Assembly: GCF_009914755.1 (NCBI RefSeq)
Contig: NC_060935.1
DNA length: 64,000 bases
Strand: one strand, 5' to 3'
Origin: the human T2T-CHM13v2.0 reference genome, Homo sapiens
In this document: positions 1 to 13,638 of the stretch, in pieces
How positions within the stretch are numbered: the stretch's first letter is position 1
How the letters are laid out: each line of letters begins with the position of its first letter
Program-made: the position numbers and the translations under genes
Notes under the pieces: generated by a model
Seen by the model: only the letters and a program-made list of their open reading frames with translations
Told to the model about the DNA's origin: nothing
Databases searched by the model: none

Positions 1-3000
1 GAGAAAATGAAAATACGACATACCAGAACCTATGGGATACTGCAAAAGCAATACTAAGAGGGACATTTATAGCTATAACTGCCTACATCAAAAAATAAGA
101 AAAACATCAAATAAATAACTTAACCAATCATTTAAAAAAATAGAAAAGCAAGAGAAAACTAAACCCCAAATTATGAGAGGCAAAATAAATAAATAAGTAA
201 ATAAAGAATCAGGGCAGAAATAAATTAATCTGAAATGAAGAAAATAATACAAAAAATCAACAAAATGAAAAGTTAGTTTTTTGAGAAAAAAATTGGCAAA
301 CTTTTAGGCAGACAAAAAAAAGTAAAAGACCCAAATAAAGAAATTGGAGATTAAAAAAAACATTATAATTGATACTGCAGAAATTCAAATGATTATTAGT
401 GGCTGCTATGATTAACTGTATGCCAACAAATGATAAATGAGAAAATCTGGTGAAAATGAATAAATTCCCAGACACATACAATCTACCAAGATTGAAGGAA
501 GAAATCCGAACCTAAACAGATCAATAACAAGTAATGAGATTGAAGCTCTAATAAAAATTCTCCCAGTTAAGAAAAGCCCAGGGCGCATTGGCTTCACTGA
601 TGAATTCTACCAAACATTTAAAGAAGAAGTACTACCAATCCTACTCAAACTATTCCAAAAAATAGAGGAGGAGGTAACACTTCCAAACTCATTCTTAGAA
701 GCCAGTATTACCTTGATACCAAAACCAGAAAAGGACACATCAAAAAAAGAAAACTGCAGGCCAATATCTCTGATTAATATTGATGCAAAAATTATCAGCC
801 AAATACTAGCAACCCAAATTCAACAATATATCTAAAAAATCATTTATAATGACCAAGTGAGATGTATCTCAGGGATGCAAGGTTGGTTCAACATTTGCAT
901 ATCAATCAAGGTGATACATCATATCAAGAGAATAAAAGAAAAAACCCATATGATCATTTTATTTGATGCTGAAAAAGGATTTGATAAAAATTCAACAACC
1001 TTTCGTAGATAAAAATCCTCAAAATACTGGGTACAGAAAGAACGTACCTCAACATAATAAAAGCTGTATATGACAGACACACAGGTAATATAATACTGAA
1101 TTGGGAAAAACTGAAAGCCTTTCCTGTAAAATCTGGAATGTGAAAAAGATGCTCACTTTCACCACTGTTATTCAATATATTACTGGAAATCCTAGTGGGA
1201 CCAATCAGCCAAGAGAAATAAATAAAGGGCATACAAACTACAAAGGAAGAAGTCAAATTCTCCTTGTTTGTAGATGGCTTGATCTTATATTTGTTATAAC
1301 CTGAAGACTCCACTGAAAATCTATTAGAACTGATAGACAAATTTAGTAAAGTTGCACAGTACAAGATCAACATACAAAATCTATAGCATTTCTGTGTGTC
1401 AACAGTGAACAATCTGAAAAAGAAATCAAACAAGTAATCCCATTTACAGTAGGCAAAAATACAATTAAATACTTTGGAATTAAATTAACAAAAGAAGTAA
1501 AAGATTTTTACATTGAAAACTGTAAAACACTGATGAAAGAAATGGAAATGAACCACAAAGAAGAAAAAATATTTCAGGTTCATGGATTGGAAGAATCAAT
1601 ATGGTTTAAACGTCTGTACTACCCAAAACTATCTATAGATTCAGTATAATCCCTATCAAAAAACCAATGACATTCTTCACAGAAATAGAAAAAAACAGTT
1701 GTAAAATTTATACAGAACCACAAAAAACCCAGAGTGGGAAAAGCTATCCTGAGCAAAAAGGATAAACCTGAAGGAATCACTCTACCTCACTTCAAATTAT
1801 ACTACAGAGTGATAGTAACCAAAACAGCATGGTACTGACATAAAAACACACATAGTCTAATGGAACAGAAGAGAGAACACAGAAAAAAATTCAAACACCT
1901 ATAGTGAACTAATTTTTGACAAAGATGCCAAGAGCATACATTGAGGAAAGAACAGTCCCCTCAATAAGTGGAGCTGGGAAAACTGTATATCCATATGTAC
2001 AAGAATGAAACTAGACCCCTAGGTCTCACCATATAAAAAAATCAAAACAAAGTGAATTAAAGACTTAAATCTATTACCCCAACTATGAAACTACTGCAAG
2101 GAAACACTGAGGAAACTTTCCAGGACATTGGTCTGGGCAAAAATTTCTTGAGTAACACCCCACAAGCACAGGCAACCAAAGCAAACATGGACAAAGGGGA
2201 TCACATCAAGTTAAAAAGCTTCTGCACAGCAAAAGAAACAACCAACAAAGTGAAGAGACAACCCACAGAATGGAAGAGAATATTTGCAAACTACTTTTCT
2301 GAAAAGTGATTAATCACCACAGTATAAAAGGAACTCAAACAATTGTATACGAAAAAAAATCCAATAATCCAATAAAAATGGACAAAAGGTTTGAATAGAC
2401 ATTTTCTTGACAGAAGACATACAAATGGCAAACAAGCATATGAAAAGGCACTTTTCATAAATAATCATCAGAGAAATGAAAATTAAAACTAGAATGATAC
2501 ATCATCTCACTTCAGATAAAATGGCTTTTATCCAAAACGCAGGCAATAAGAAATGCTGCTGAGAATGTGGAGAAAAGGGAACCCCCGTACATTGTTGGTG
2601 GGAATGTAAATTGGTACAATCACTTTGGAGAATGGTTTGGTTTCCTCAAAAAACTGAAAATAGCGCTACTATATGATCCGGCTATCCCACTGCTGGGTAT
2701 ATACACAGAAAAGAGAAAAGAAATTGGAAGAAAAGAGAAAAGAAGAAAAGAAAAGAAAGAGAAAAGAAGAAAAGAAAAGAAAGAGAAAAGATGAAAATCA
2801 GTATATCAAAGAGATATCTGCAATCCCATGTTTGTTGCAGCACTGTTCACAATTTGTAAGATATGGACACAACTTAAGTGTCCTTCAGCAGATGATTGGA
2901 TAAAGAAAACGTGGTACGTACATACAAGAGAGTATTATGTGGCCATAAAAAGTATGTGATCCTGTGATTTGTGACAACATTGATGGAACTGGAGGTCATT

Positions 3001-3430
3001 ATGTTAAGTGAAATAAATCAGGCACAGAAAAATATCACATATTCCCACTTATTTGTAGGAGGTAAAAGTCAAAACAATTAAACTCTCAGAGATAGGGTAG
3101 AAGGATGGTTACCAGAGGCTGAGAAGGGCAGTGGAGTGCATGTAGGGGGAAAGTGGTGATGGTTAATGGGTAAAAAATAAAAATAGAAGAAATGAATAAG
3201 ACCTAGTATTTGATAGCACAACAGGGTGACTATATTTTATAATAATTTAATTGTGCTTTTTAAAATAAGTAAAAGAATATAATTGGAGTGTTTGTAACAT
3301 GAAGGATAATGATTAGGGGATGGATACCCCGTTTTCCATTGTGGAATATTACAACTTGCATGCCTGTATCAGGGTATCTCATATACTCCATTAATATATA
3401 CACCTAGTATGTACCCAAAAAATTTTAAAA
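1..3430 (+). mobile_element. LINE-1, L1MA1/L1MA2-like: degenerate ORF2 and 3' UTR (5' part outside window)
   Basis: ORF2 remnants (e.g. 2085-2309 ..[31 protein letters not shown]); L1MA-type 3' UTR (gaataagacctagtatttgatagcacaacagggtgactat...tatgtacccaaaaaattttaaaa). Confidence 0.9.
2707..2791 (+). repeat. GA-rich simple repeat expanded inside the L1; uninterrupted purine run 2726-2791
   Basis: agagaaaagaagaaaagaaaagaa 24-mer repeated about twice, at the L1 position normally reading cccaaaagaaaggaaatc. Confidence 0.9.
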
Positions 3431-3580
3431 ATATATTCCCTTAAATGAATTGCCTTTGGCTGAAATGGGACCTCCCTCAGCCCATCAGAGAAAGTCCTCA
3501 GCCAATGACTGGCTGCCATTAAGGTTAAAACACCCAGCCTTTTGCCTTAAAGTATGACCAATCCTTCAGTTACGGTCTGA

Positions 3581-3783
3581 CAGCAATATCTAATGTGGTA
3601 GTCACTAGCCACATGTGGTTATTAAATTTATATTTAAACTAATTAAAATTAAAATTGTAGTTCTCATTCTCACTAGCTACATGACCTGGGCTCAAGGGCC
3701 ATGCGTGGCAGTGGTTAGAGTATTCAACAGTGCAGGCATAGCATATTTCCAACATTACCAGAAGTTCTACTGGATAGCATTAC
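3581..3783 (-). mobile_element. MER3 (hAT-Charlie MITE)
   Basis: gtcactagccacatgtggttattaaattta...gaagttctactggatagcat matches MER3 reverse complement. Confidence 0.8.
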
Positions 3784-3790
3784 TCCAGAA

Positions 3791-4091
3791 CACTGCTCCC
3801 TAATAAAAATATAGGTCATATCTGAAATTTTCAATTTCAATTGTCAAATTGACAACTAAATTTTCACTGGAAACATTTGATCTGGATTTCGATTTTATAA
3901 AACTTACAATTGAAAAAGTAGGCTCATGAATTCAGGTTTCTCCAAAGATATGTAAACATTTTTCAATCACTGAATAAAGCAAATTTTAAATTTTACTTAA
4001 AATAAAATAGTTCAATTCTTAAGTCACCTTAGCCACATTCAGATGCACAGCAGGCACAAACATCTAGTGGCTACTGTATTGGATGATGCAG
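3791..4091 (+). mobile_element. MER3/MER33/Charlie1-family hAT element
   Basis: Ends agccacatt...ctagtggctactgtattggatgatgcag followed by ttctagag (hAT-type target). Confidence 0.65.
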
Positions 4092-4573
4092 TTCTAGAGC
4101 ACTTTGTAGTATGGGGCTGAGGCTGTTTTCCAGCTGAGAGGTGCACATCCCTATGCAGCTCCTACTTCTCTCCTTTCCTGCATCCCCCTCTCCCTTTCTC
4201 CTGAAAGCACGCCCTCAGTAAATTACATATGCCCAAGTCCCTGTGCCAGACTCTGCTTCTAGGGAACCTGACCTAAGACATTAATTGTTTATTTATCTCT
4301 TCTATTAAAGTTAATGCATTACATTTATTTTATATATATCTGCATTTTATAGCAGCTATACATTTCATTTCAAGAAGGAAAGGAGAGATTTTAAAATATT
4401 TTTATTTTCTTAAAAGAAGGCATTAACCTGAAGGTCTGAGAGCCACTTTGCTACAAACATAAGTGTGAGTTTATATGTTTACATTTTTATTTTGATGTAT
4501 TTTATCTTCAGAGCATATCAATCAGGACATTTTTGATATTCAGTAAATATAAATATTATTACTATATAAAATA

Positions 4574-4808
4574 TATAATTGCTAGCAATAGTACTTTGCA
4601 ATGGTCCGAGTCATTAAATGCGGAATAGCGCTGCTGACCATCATTGAGCAATTGGACCACAGATTAATTCAATAAAAAATCAGGAGTCAGCATTGTTTTA
4701 ATCTCCCTCCATTAACAAGCTCCGAGAATCAAATTGTGGCAATAGTTTGTGTGGCATTTCATATGTATATGACTGAAAAGGGGATATTTTTCATTGTTGG
4801 TAATTATA
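4574..4808. mobile_element. Ancient ~235-bp element with 16-bp imperfect terminal inverted repeats (MER135-like); candidate conserved non-coding element
   Basis: tataattgctagcaat (4574-4589) pairs with attgttggtaattata (4793-4808); four intact CpGs; family name from memory only. Confidence 0.5.
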
Positions 4809-5074
4809 CCTATCACAAAACGCCTATGAACAGAAGAGAAAAATAAAAGGGCATATAGATACTTTGAAGAAGATTATGAGAAAACATAAAGCTGGGCCAT
4901 ATGGGAAAAAGGTGGAATCACCTTTAACTTGCACCAGAACAGCCCTAGCATTCGAGGGGATCTGTCTGTTACTTCTCCAATGCTTTTGTTTAAGATCATT
5001 TTCTTGTATTCTCACGTATCATAAGTAAAAATATGGGCACAGTAGAGTGAACAAAAGTTTTGAAAACAGTTAAT

Positions 5075-5205
5075 TATCTAAACTTTTTTAACCTGACCCT
5101 TATATTTAAAAGGAGATAATAATAGCTGTTATACTGGGTTGTTGTGTGTGAATTAAATGTGACAGTTTATATTAAATTATATCTACACTGTTATCTACAT
5201 AGTTC
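5075..5205 (+). mobile_element. MIR fragment
   Basis: aaaggagataataatagct...gggttgttgtgtgtgaattaaatg MIR core. Confidence 0.6.
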
Positions 5206-6384
5206 ACTAGAGGAATAATGTGAGCAAAGTGAGTACTTGGGCTTTCAGGATAATAGGCTCTACCAACAAGGCTAAAGACTGTAATAATCTGGCAAAATTT
5301 CTGAAATCTTTGCAACTTTCTGTAAGTCTCAGAGAGTGGAACATCTTGAGAAATAAAATAGGTTGACATGGCTTTTAAAAAGAACATAATGGGAAAAGAA
5401 AATCTTGCAAGTGAACTTGATCTGCTCACTCCACAAAGCTCTTTGAGGTGCTCAGGAAGGGAATGGCTCTAAGGAAACAGAAGGCATTGCTCAGAGATGT
5501 GCTTGATGAGAGAGTGGTGCAATGATTGATGCTGTATTGAAGTCTATGGTTAGAAGCTGATGAGGGCCATTTACCTGAAAGTGTTGACTCAGAAACAGTC
5601 AATTTATGGAGGCTAATGACCATCACAACTAGTAACCTCCTCCATTTAATAACAAAATTGACACTTAATTGAACTAGTCTGTGATGTGCATGAAGATATA
5701 GTACCTCTGAGCTCATCTTAGCTTGCCTATGAGTTACGCCATCACAGTCAAGAAGGCTGCCTGGCTTTTCTATAAGTGTGAATTCAGGAGCAACCATTTG
5801 GCCACTGCCAGAAGAGGCTGTGCCAACAGAGAATTTTGTAACTGATGGGATTCTACATACATGGTCATGATGTGCAGCCATACAGGCAGGGGAGGCATTC
5901 TCAGTCAGCATGGCACGTCTGCCATTTGGCTCTTGGAATGCGTTGATGACATTGAGGGGCATGTGCAGTTCTAAACTGTGTAGATTCTACAAATAAGAGA
6001 AAATGTTCTGGGATAGGGTTTTTATTTACATTTTATTGAAAGTTTCATGGTAAAACACAATTGAATAAAATCTTTTAGCACTCAACATAGAAAAATTTTC
6101 ACCAATGACTGCTCAGGAGACTCCACTGGTTCCTCTTCTGTTCTTTGACTCTTATTTTTACCCCTAAGTTATAGAGTTTGGTAAGAAAATTCCTTTTATG
6201 TTGCCGATATTTTCACAGCTGAAAAGTATTTATTTTTAACATAATATTCTGCAGGGTTATTAGTAAGTAACAATTTTGCATATCTGTCATATTTTTATAG
6301 CCAATAAAGGGTGTCATTATTAAATTACTGTAGACTGAAAGGTCTATATCTGCTTTGGTCTATGTTAGCATTTGTAATTTGTTT

Positions 6385-7397
<1,013 letters not shown>

Positions 7398-7564
7398 AAT
7401 TAGATGTTTTGAAAAGACCGTGTTAAATCCCTTGTATATATTATCTCATTTAATCCTCATGACAGCTCTGCTCTACAAAGAAGTGCAGAGTACTGATTGG
7501 GAGCAGTGAGACTGCATGGCTTCACATTTTTGCAGTTCTTCATTTGCTTCTCCCAACATCCAAA

Positions 7565-7905
7565 GAACTTCCTGCCTCCCATCTTTAGATTACCACTCAA
7601 ACATAAACCAGTGTGGGCTTCCTTGATTACCCTGCACAGAATAGCACCCTTTAGACTCTCCTCATCTGCTTGATTTTTATCCATAGCACCTGTATATATA
7701 GCACCTTAATATACTTTAATATATAGCACCTTAATATACTTTTTTTATATGTTTATTTGACTGTAGTCTATCTCCTTCCAATACACTATACAGTCCATAA
7801 GAACAAAGACTTTGTTTTAATAATTGCTATATCTGTAGCACCTAAAATTGTGCTTGACTCATAGTAGACAAAAAAATTTTGAAAATAATAAATGAATAAA
7901 TTAAT
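7565..7905 (+). mobile_element. L2 3' end fragment (MIR fragment immediately upstream at ~7420-7470)
   Basis: gctatatctgtagcacctaaaattgtgcttgactcatagtag...aatgaataaa L2 terminus; internal 25-bp tandem duplication at ~7694-7742. Confidence 0.65.
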
Positions 7906-8849
7906 TAGTTTTCTCCAGCACTAACCAAATGAAATAACCATATGGAATTATCTCCTTCTGTTACTCTATTATAGTAAATATTTAGAGTGTTGATTCAATT
8001 GGATCTATAGGCATACATGATTTAACAAAAATACACCTCTCTATAAAACAATAAAGTTGTTTTCTTGCACTTGAATCAACAGGCATTACATGAAGAGGTG
8101 TCATTCTGATTTTTATCTTGTGATCCTTCTCTTATCAGCAGAGACCCACTGATCGTCTTTTGTTCACAGGTGTTTGGGTTAGTGTTTTATTTTTAATCTT
8201 GGTTCTCATGTTTTTGTATTTTAATTGCAAGGAATTTGCAAACATCCACTTGCTAAATAATTATTTTAATGAAAAAGCATCTCTGCTGTATTCAAAAAAC
8301 ATTTCCTGATCCTTCCTGCTACCGTATTGTTCTCTCCAATGCACTGACTGAACTATGTTTTTACTTTCTTCCCTTTCAACCTTGAACCTTTATGAACCAT
8401 ATTCTACAGTTCCAGAATCACTTTTTCTCATGTGTTTACAGTTTGGAATTCAGTGTCAGGTACCTCATCTTCAATAAAATAATATTTTTCAGGACGTACT
8501 GAAAGTCTGGAACAATATTATAGGAACAATAGGCAAGAAACTTGTGCAAGGCACATGGTAAAATTCATGTATCTTTTAGAAGTATAAGCACATGAAGAAG
8601 TGACACAACAGCCTGATCTAAAGTGTATTATGGGAAAATATTACGAGGAATGATTAATTAATTATGCCCGCATATAGTGGTGAAAGAAGGTATCACAACA
8701 TACAGGATTACAAAACTTGAGAGCTTGTAACATGTGATTTTCCTTTAAAGTTTAGATAGTGGTATATGTATGTGCATGAGAGAGCGAGGGGGCAGCAAGA
8801 GTAAATAAAGAGTAAAAAAAGTAAATAAAGTATTTACTCATACTTTGCA

Positions 8850-9055
8850 TGAGCAAAGTATGTTTATTGATTGTAGATAGTATTTGCAAAGCAGCCAATG
8901 CAACTCTGGCACATAGTAATATTAGAAATGTTATTAATTTTATTATTTTTATGAACATACAGTGTATACGAAGAGCTGGAATTCTAACTCAGAACATGAG
9001 TTCAGGATCTGGTCTGACTTCAGAGCCTGTGTTTTTAAATACCATGCAATATTAC
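8850..9055. mobile_element. Two MIR fragments in opposite orientation
   Basis: ctggcacatagtaatattagaaatgttatt (+) and agagctggaattctaactcag...tctgacttcagagcctgtg (-). Confidence 0.55.
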
Positions 9056-12000
9056 ACCCTTCCGCCAACCATACATAACGTTTATTAACATCCTTTTGCT
9101 TCTAACATCTTAATGCATTTGTCAAGATCCTAACTGAAACTAGCTTCAATATGTTTGCCTAACAATGTTTAAAGGGGTTAGCTTAGGACTTTATAATGCA
9201 AAGGGTTTTTGAGCATGATCGATACTATAATTGACACACAGGTTTGATGATAATATAAAAAAATAAGGCATTTCCCTGATATGAGCAATTGTTGCTTGTT
9301 CTTTCATTTGTCATGGTGGTGCCCTGAGTGACAGAAAGAATATGTCAATCCCTCCTGTTAGGAAAAATAACTTCCTGTTTGAGGTCTCTGTTAGCAACTG
9401 ATTCCTTATCTAGAGAATGGCACCTTCTGTATAAGACATTTAATATTTCATTAATGGCTCAGAGGTATTAATTCATGTTTCAAGTTGTGTTCTCACATCT
9501 GTGCAAATTTAGGGGAATATCCCAAACTAATACCATTCAGTCCTGCGCAAGTAGAAGGTTAACTATTCATGGATCTAATCTTTATCACAGAGAACTTAAT
9601 CACTGATAAAGGAGAAAGTTGTTTCCAAGGGAGTAATTTTGTCAGGGTAAAGTAAAGTTTCAGGTCATAGATAGATTTTAGTCTTTCTGGACAAATAAAA
9701 CAGTGATGCATTGATTTTCATAGGAAGTATTCACGGACAGAAACAAGAAAGATGGTTAGTAAAAACCTCTTCCAGCTCGCGTGCAGCCCTCGCTCGAGTG
9801 CCTGAATGGTCTCTGGGTGCTGTGTGGCATTCTGCTGCTCTCTATTGAGATGCATAGTGTTTACTAACATGGAATTGGACAGTCTAGCAAAGCTGCCTCC
9901 ACCCCTGTAACCTGACCTTTTCAGGTTTGCATTCCACTGACCTTTCTCTTTTTAAGGCCTGATGTTACCTCTCTTCCTTAGACTGCAGGAACTCCAAAAT
10001 CAAAATCAGCAATTTTATTAACATAGTTAATATTGCACCATTGAGATAGGTAAGGGAAGGAACAGCAGTTTACTTTTTTTTTTTCTAGAAGATATACAAG
10101 TCCATAATTCTCTACCTTCTGATTATTTTTTGTGGTCTTCAAACTATAAAAGAGCTATATTAGTTTATTATCCATATAAATACAGATCCAGTTAAAAACA
10201 TATTTTTCTTATATTACTCAAGTATATTGGTTTTCTCTTTTCTGGCCTGAAGGAGTTATGAAGCCAGCTAAAGGGGAGAACTGGGAGACAAATTAAGGGT
10301 GATCAGGTGAAAGTAATGGAGCAATATCTTCCGCAAGCTAGAGATGGCGGGGAAAGAAGAAATTTAAAAAGTGCATTTTCCTCTATTGTCCTTTCAGATA
10401 TTGTTTATCTACTTGCTTTTACTTTCTTTAATTTTTACCAATATCAAAAGTTCTTCTTCAGTTGCTTTTGCAAAAGTCTCATGTTTCTTTATATCAAGGG
10501 GTAAAATACTGAGAATCTTTTACTAATTTCTGTTCAATATATGTGTGCAACTATGGTTTGAAGATGCTTGTAGATAGGAGATTTAATGGCCAAAAAAAGA
10601 ACAGAAGGCTGAGAAAAAGAAACTTTTTTTAATGCACTTGCTGAGATGCAACTAAAATTTAATTCCAATAAAAATAAAGTGACACATTCTGAAAAACTCC
10701 AATAGAAAAAATAAATTCTGTAGCAAGCTACAGAAATCCATTAGCTATATTAGCTTGGAAATCAACAATTCCAAATAAAGTTGGGAGTTATTATAAAACT
10801 ATTCCCCATGGCTTAAAATCCACTACGATTCTTTATTGAAAGAGGCAAGTAAGATTCTAGAGAAATATAGTATAAATCAAAGAGATGATGGTCTTATTGT
10901 ATATAAAGTAGTTAGACTTTACCTGAAGTACTATAAAATATAGTTCACAGGATGCCTGAAGACAGGTGTAATTGTCTGTAAAGGTAGAAAACAAGGTAGA
11001 TGGCAGGGTCCTAAAGATGCTCTGTGAGGAACATGGGAGTATTTACAATGGTCAGGGGAGAAAGTGTGCTGATACACAGGACATATTTCAATTTTATTCA
11101 GGAATTAATTGAATTGAGTCCAACTAGCCATGTTTCATTGATCTTGATATGGAAGCTAATTTCTAAAAACTTGAGGAATTTTTTCCCTTTCCTCATCTTT
11201 ATATTTTTATGTCAGTAATAAAAAAAAGTTTGATTTGGAACCTCCCACCAAAACTTTTTTTTTCTTGTTCTTCTTTTTTTTTAAGTGCCTACCTTTGTTT
11301 GTATCTCCCTTTCAGCCCTTTTGGCTGATTTTTGGTTGTGTGTATCTCCACCTTGTCCCGTGAATCATCCTATTATCTTGCATATCCTTCTATAATCTGC
11401 CCACTGTAATCAATCTTTAATCCAAAAAGACCTCATGAGCATACAAAGAAATGTTTTCAGTAAGTTGCAAGGGTGTTCATACTGAACAGCTCTATTAAAT
11501 AATAAAATAAGTTGATAATGAAATAGAACCCACTGCAATAAATCTGAGATTTAAAGGACAGTCATTTGTCTTGATTTTGTTAAGCCATTTTACCTGATGT
11601 AAATACAACAAAGTAATTTACGTGTTGATTCCTCTCCCTGTTACTGGATTCTTTCTTATGGATAGCTTCAATTAACTCTGGTCAATGATATTTTGGTGTT
11701 ACAAATATTTTCAGAAATGGCTAATTCTTTAATATCATTTAATGGCTTTGGGGAATTTTTTGACCGCTTTCATCCTTTTCATTATCCTTCATTTTATAGA
11801 CTTACAGTTTTGTTTTGTTTTTTTTAAAGCTAAGTTAGAGGTTGAAAAGGAAACTTTTGACTTCCAACTTGCTGTAGCAGTCTGAGTGGCAGTGGCCATT
11901 TTCATCTTGCGTCATGAAGTACTCAGTCTTGTGGAGTGGTGGCATTTATTCTTGTAGATGCTTTTGAAGGCAAGGTTCCACAAATAATCTTGGGAATCGA

Positions 12001-12188
12001 GCTTTGAGAGTCAATCAGGATAGCACAAGCAAAGCATGTGCCAAAGCCCTAGGCAGAAACATACTTTATTCTTAATAGGTACAGGGCAATAAAGCAGAGT
12101 CCATGGCTTAGCCTCAACTGGGATTAAAGAGCTTACCATGAAGAACAAGGGAGAGCATGCTGAAGCTTCCTGGAACATTTGTTCATAC

Positions 12189-12472
12189 TTCTCAGTAAAC
12201 TATCGCAAGAACAAAAAACCAAACACCGCATATTCTCACTCATAGGTGGGAATTGAACAATGAGATCACATGGACACAGGAAGGGGGAATATCACACTCT
12301 GGGGACTGTTGTGGGGTGGGGAGAGGGGGGAGGGATAGCATTGGGAGATATACCTAATGCTAGATGACGAGTTAGTGGGTGCAGCACACCAGCACGGCAC
12401 ATATATACATATGTAACTAACCTGCACAATGTGCACATGTACCCTAAAACTTAAAGTATAATAAAAAAAAAA
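12189..12472 (+). mobile_element. Short 5'-truncated L1PA2 (ORF2 end, 3' UTR, polyA), no TSD
   Basis: gcattgggagatatacctaatgctagatgacgagttagtgggt (GAG, not Ta ACA); gagatcaca; cacaatgtgc. Confidence 0.9.
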
Positions 12473-12781
12473 GTGGAAGAGGGACTTAAGGGTCAGTGAG
12501 ATATCAGAGTGAGGACTTGGGTCAATGTTGCTGGTTTTGAAGATTGAGTAAGGGGCCATGAGTCAAGGGAAGTGGTGGACCTTTAGAAGCTACAGAAGTC
12601 AAGAACATGAATTCTTCTCTAAAGCTCCCAGAAAAGATTGCAGCCCTACTGACAAATGATTGTAGCCAGTTGAGATCCATGTTGGATTTCTGCATACAGA
12701 ATTGTAAAATAATAAATTTGTATTGTTTTAAGGCAATACATTTGTGATGAATTTTTACAGCAGTGATAGAAAACTAATACA
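12473..12781 (+). mobile_element. MLT1D-like MaLR LTR, 5' part missing
   Basis: gtggaagaggga...ctggttttgaagat...aggggccatgag...aataaatttgtattgttttaag...tagaaaactaataca. Confidence 0.8.
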
Positions 12782-13118
12782 CGCCCTCCAACCCCCACTT
12801 TCTCTTTGGCCAAATCATCCCTTTCAGCTGAAATTAACATGAATCCACTTGGTATATGAGTCATGCACTTACATTTTAGCTGCAGGGTCTTTTTGGAATT
12901 TTCTTTTATTTCTCCAAAACCTAATCTAACAAAAATGTCTCAGCAACATAACCAATTATTGTAAGGTTAATTACTGATTTTCTTAAATGTGTCGAATTCC
13001 TAAAATTCTAATTATTACTATTTTGCCAAGATGTAGATAGTTTTTCCTAGCTTCCTTTGTGCAAGATCCTTCTCAAAGTCCTCTAATAGATTAGCTTACA
13101 TAATTGATTTAAGCTCTC

Positions 13119-13202
13119 TTTCCATTCAGCTTTCCTAATTTCATCATCAGAATTAATTATGTATTCTCCTGTTACTTTACTTATTTGGTTGTATTTCTAA
13201 TA
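13119..13202 (+). repeat. 84-bp direct duplication, copy 1 (copy 2 at 13934-14017)
   Basis: 81/84 identical by manual alignment, offset 815 bp. Confidence 0.95.
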
Positions 13203-13309
13203 GAGCACTTTTCATAGTCTGCCTTACATTTTGTGGAACCAGTTACTCTCCCAATATCCCAGAGCTGCTTATGCTTGTAACATCACTATGGAGAGAGAAA
13301 GACTGAACG

Positions 13310-13638
13310 TATTGGTCAAGTAGTGCTTGCTCACACTATGTAAACTACTGACCCCCAGATCTTAGTAGCTTACAACTAACAAGGTTTATTTCTCACTCGT
13401 GCAAAATGTCCATCAGAAATATTTCCTGTAGCTGTGAAAGAAAAAAATCAGTGAGCACAAGAAACCACTCCTTACGATGGCTCTTAAAACTGCTGCCTGA
13501 AAATGACCCACACCACATTTGCAAATACTTAATTGGCTAAAGAAAGTCACATGACAAAGCCTGTGCACAACAGGGCAAAGAAATATAATCATTCAAGAGA
13601 ATAGTGAATATATAGAGATGATAACTCAGCCTTCCACA
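13310..13638 (-). mobile_element. MLT1I/J-like MaLR LTR
   Basis: cagatcttagtagcttacaac..aaggtttatttctcactc...attggctaaagaaagtcacatgac. Confidence 0.6.

Larger units (their letters stand above)
3435..4280 (+). mobile_element. ERVL LTR16-family solo LTR remnant, interrupted by hAT elements at 3581-4091
   Basis: cagccaatgact motif in the 5' piece; 3' piece ends ctctgcttctagggaacctgacctaagaca, typical LTR16 terminus. Confidence 0.7.

Noticed and set aside
2567-2903. Lys/Arg/Glu-rich ORFs
   Set aside because: Translation of the GA simple repeat within L1.
9982-10049. Exon-shaped 68-nt segment (ccttag| ... ag|gtaagg), + strand
   Set aside because: Splice-like pairs are frequent by chance; no coding support or partner exons.
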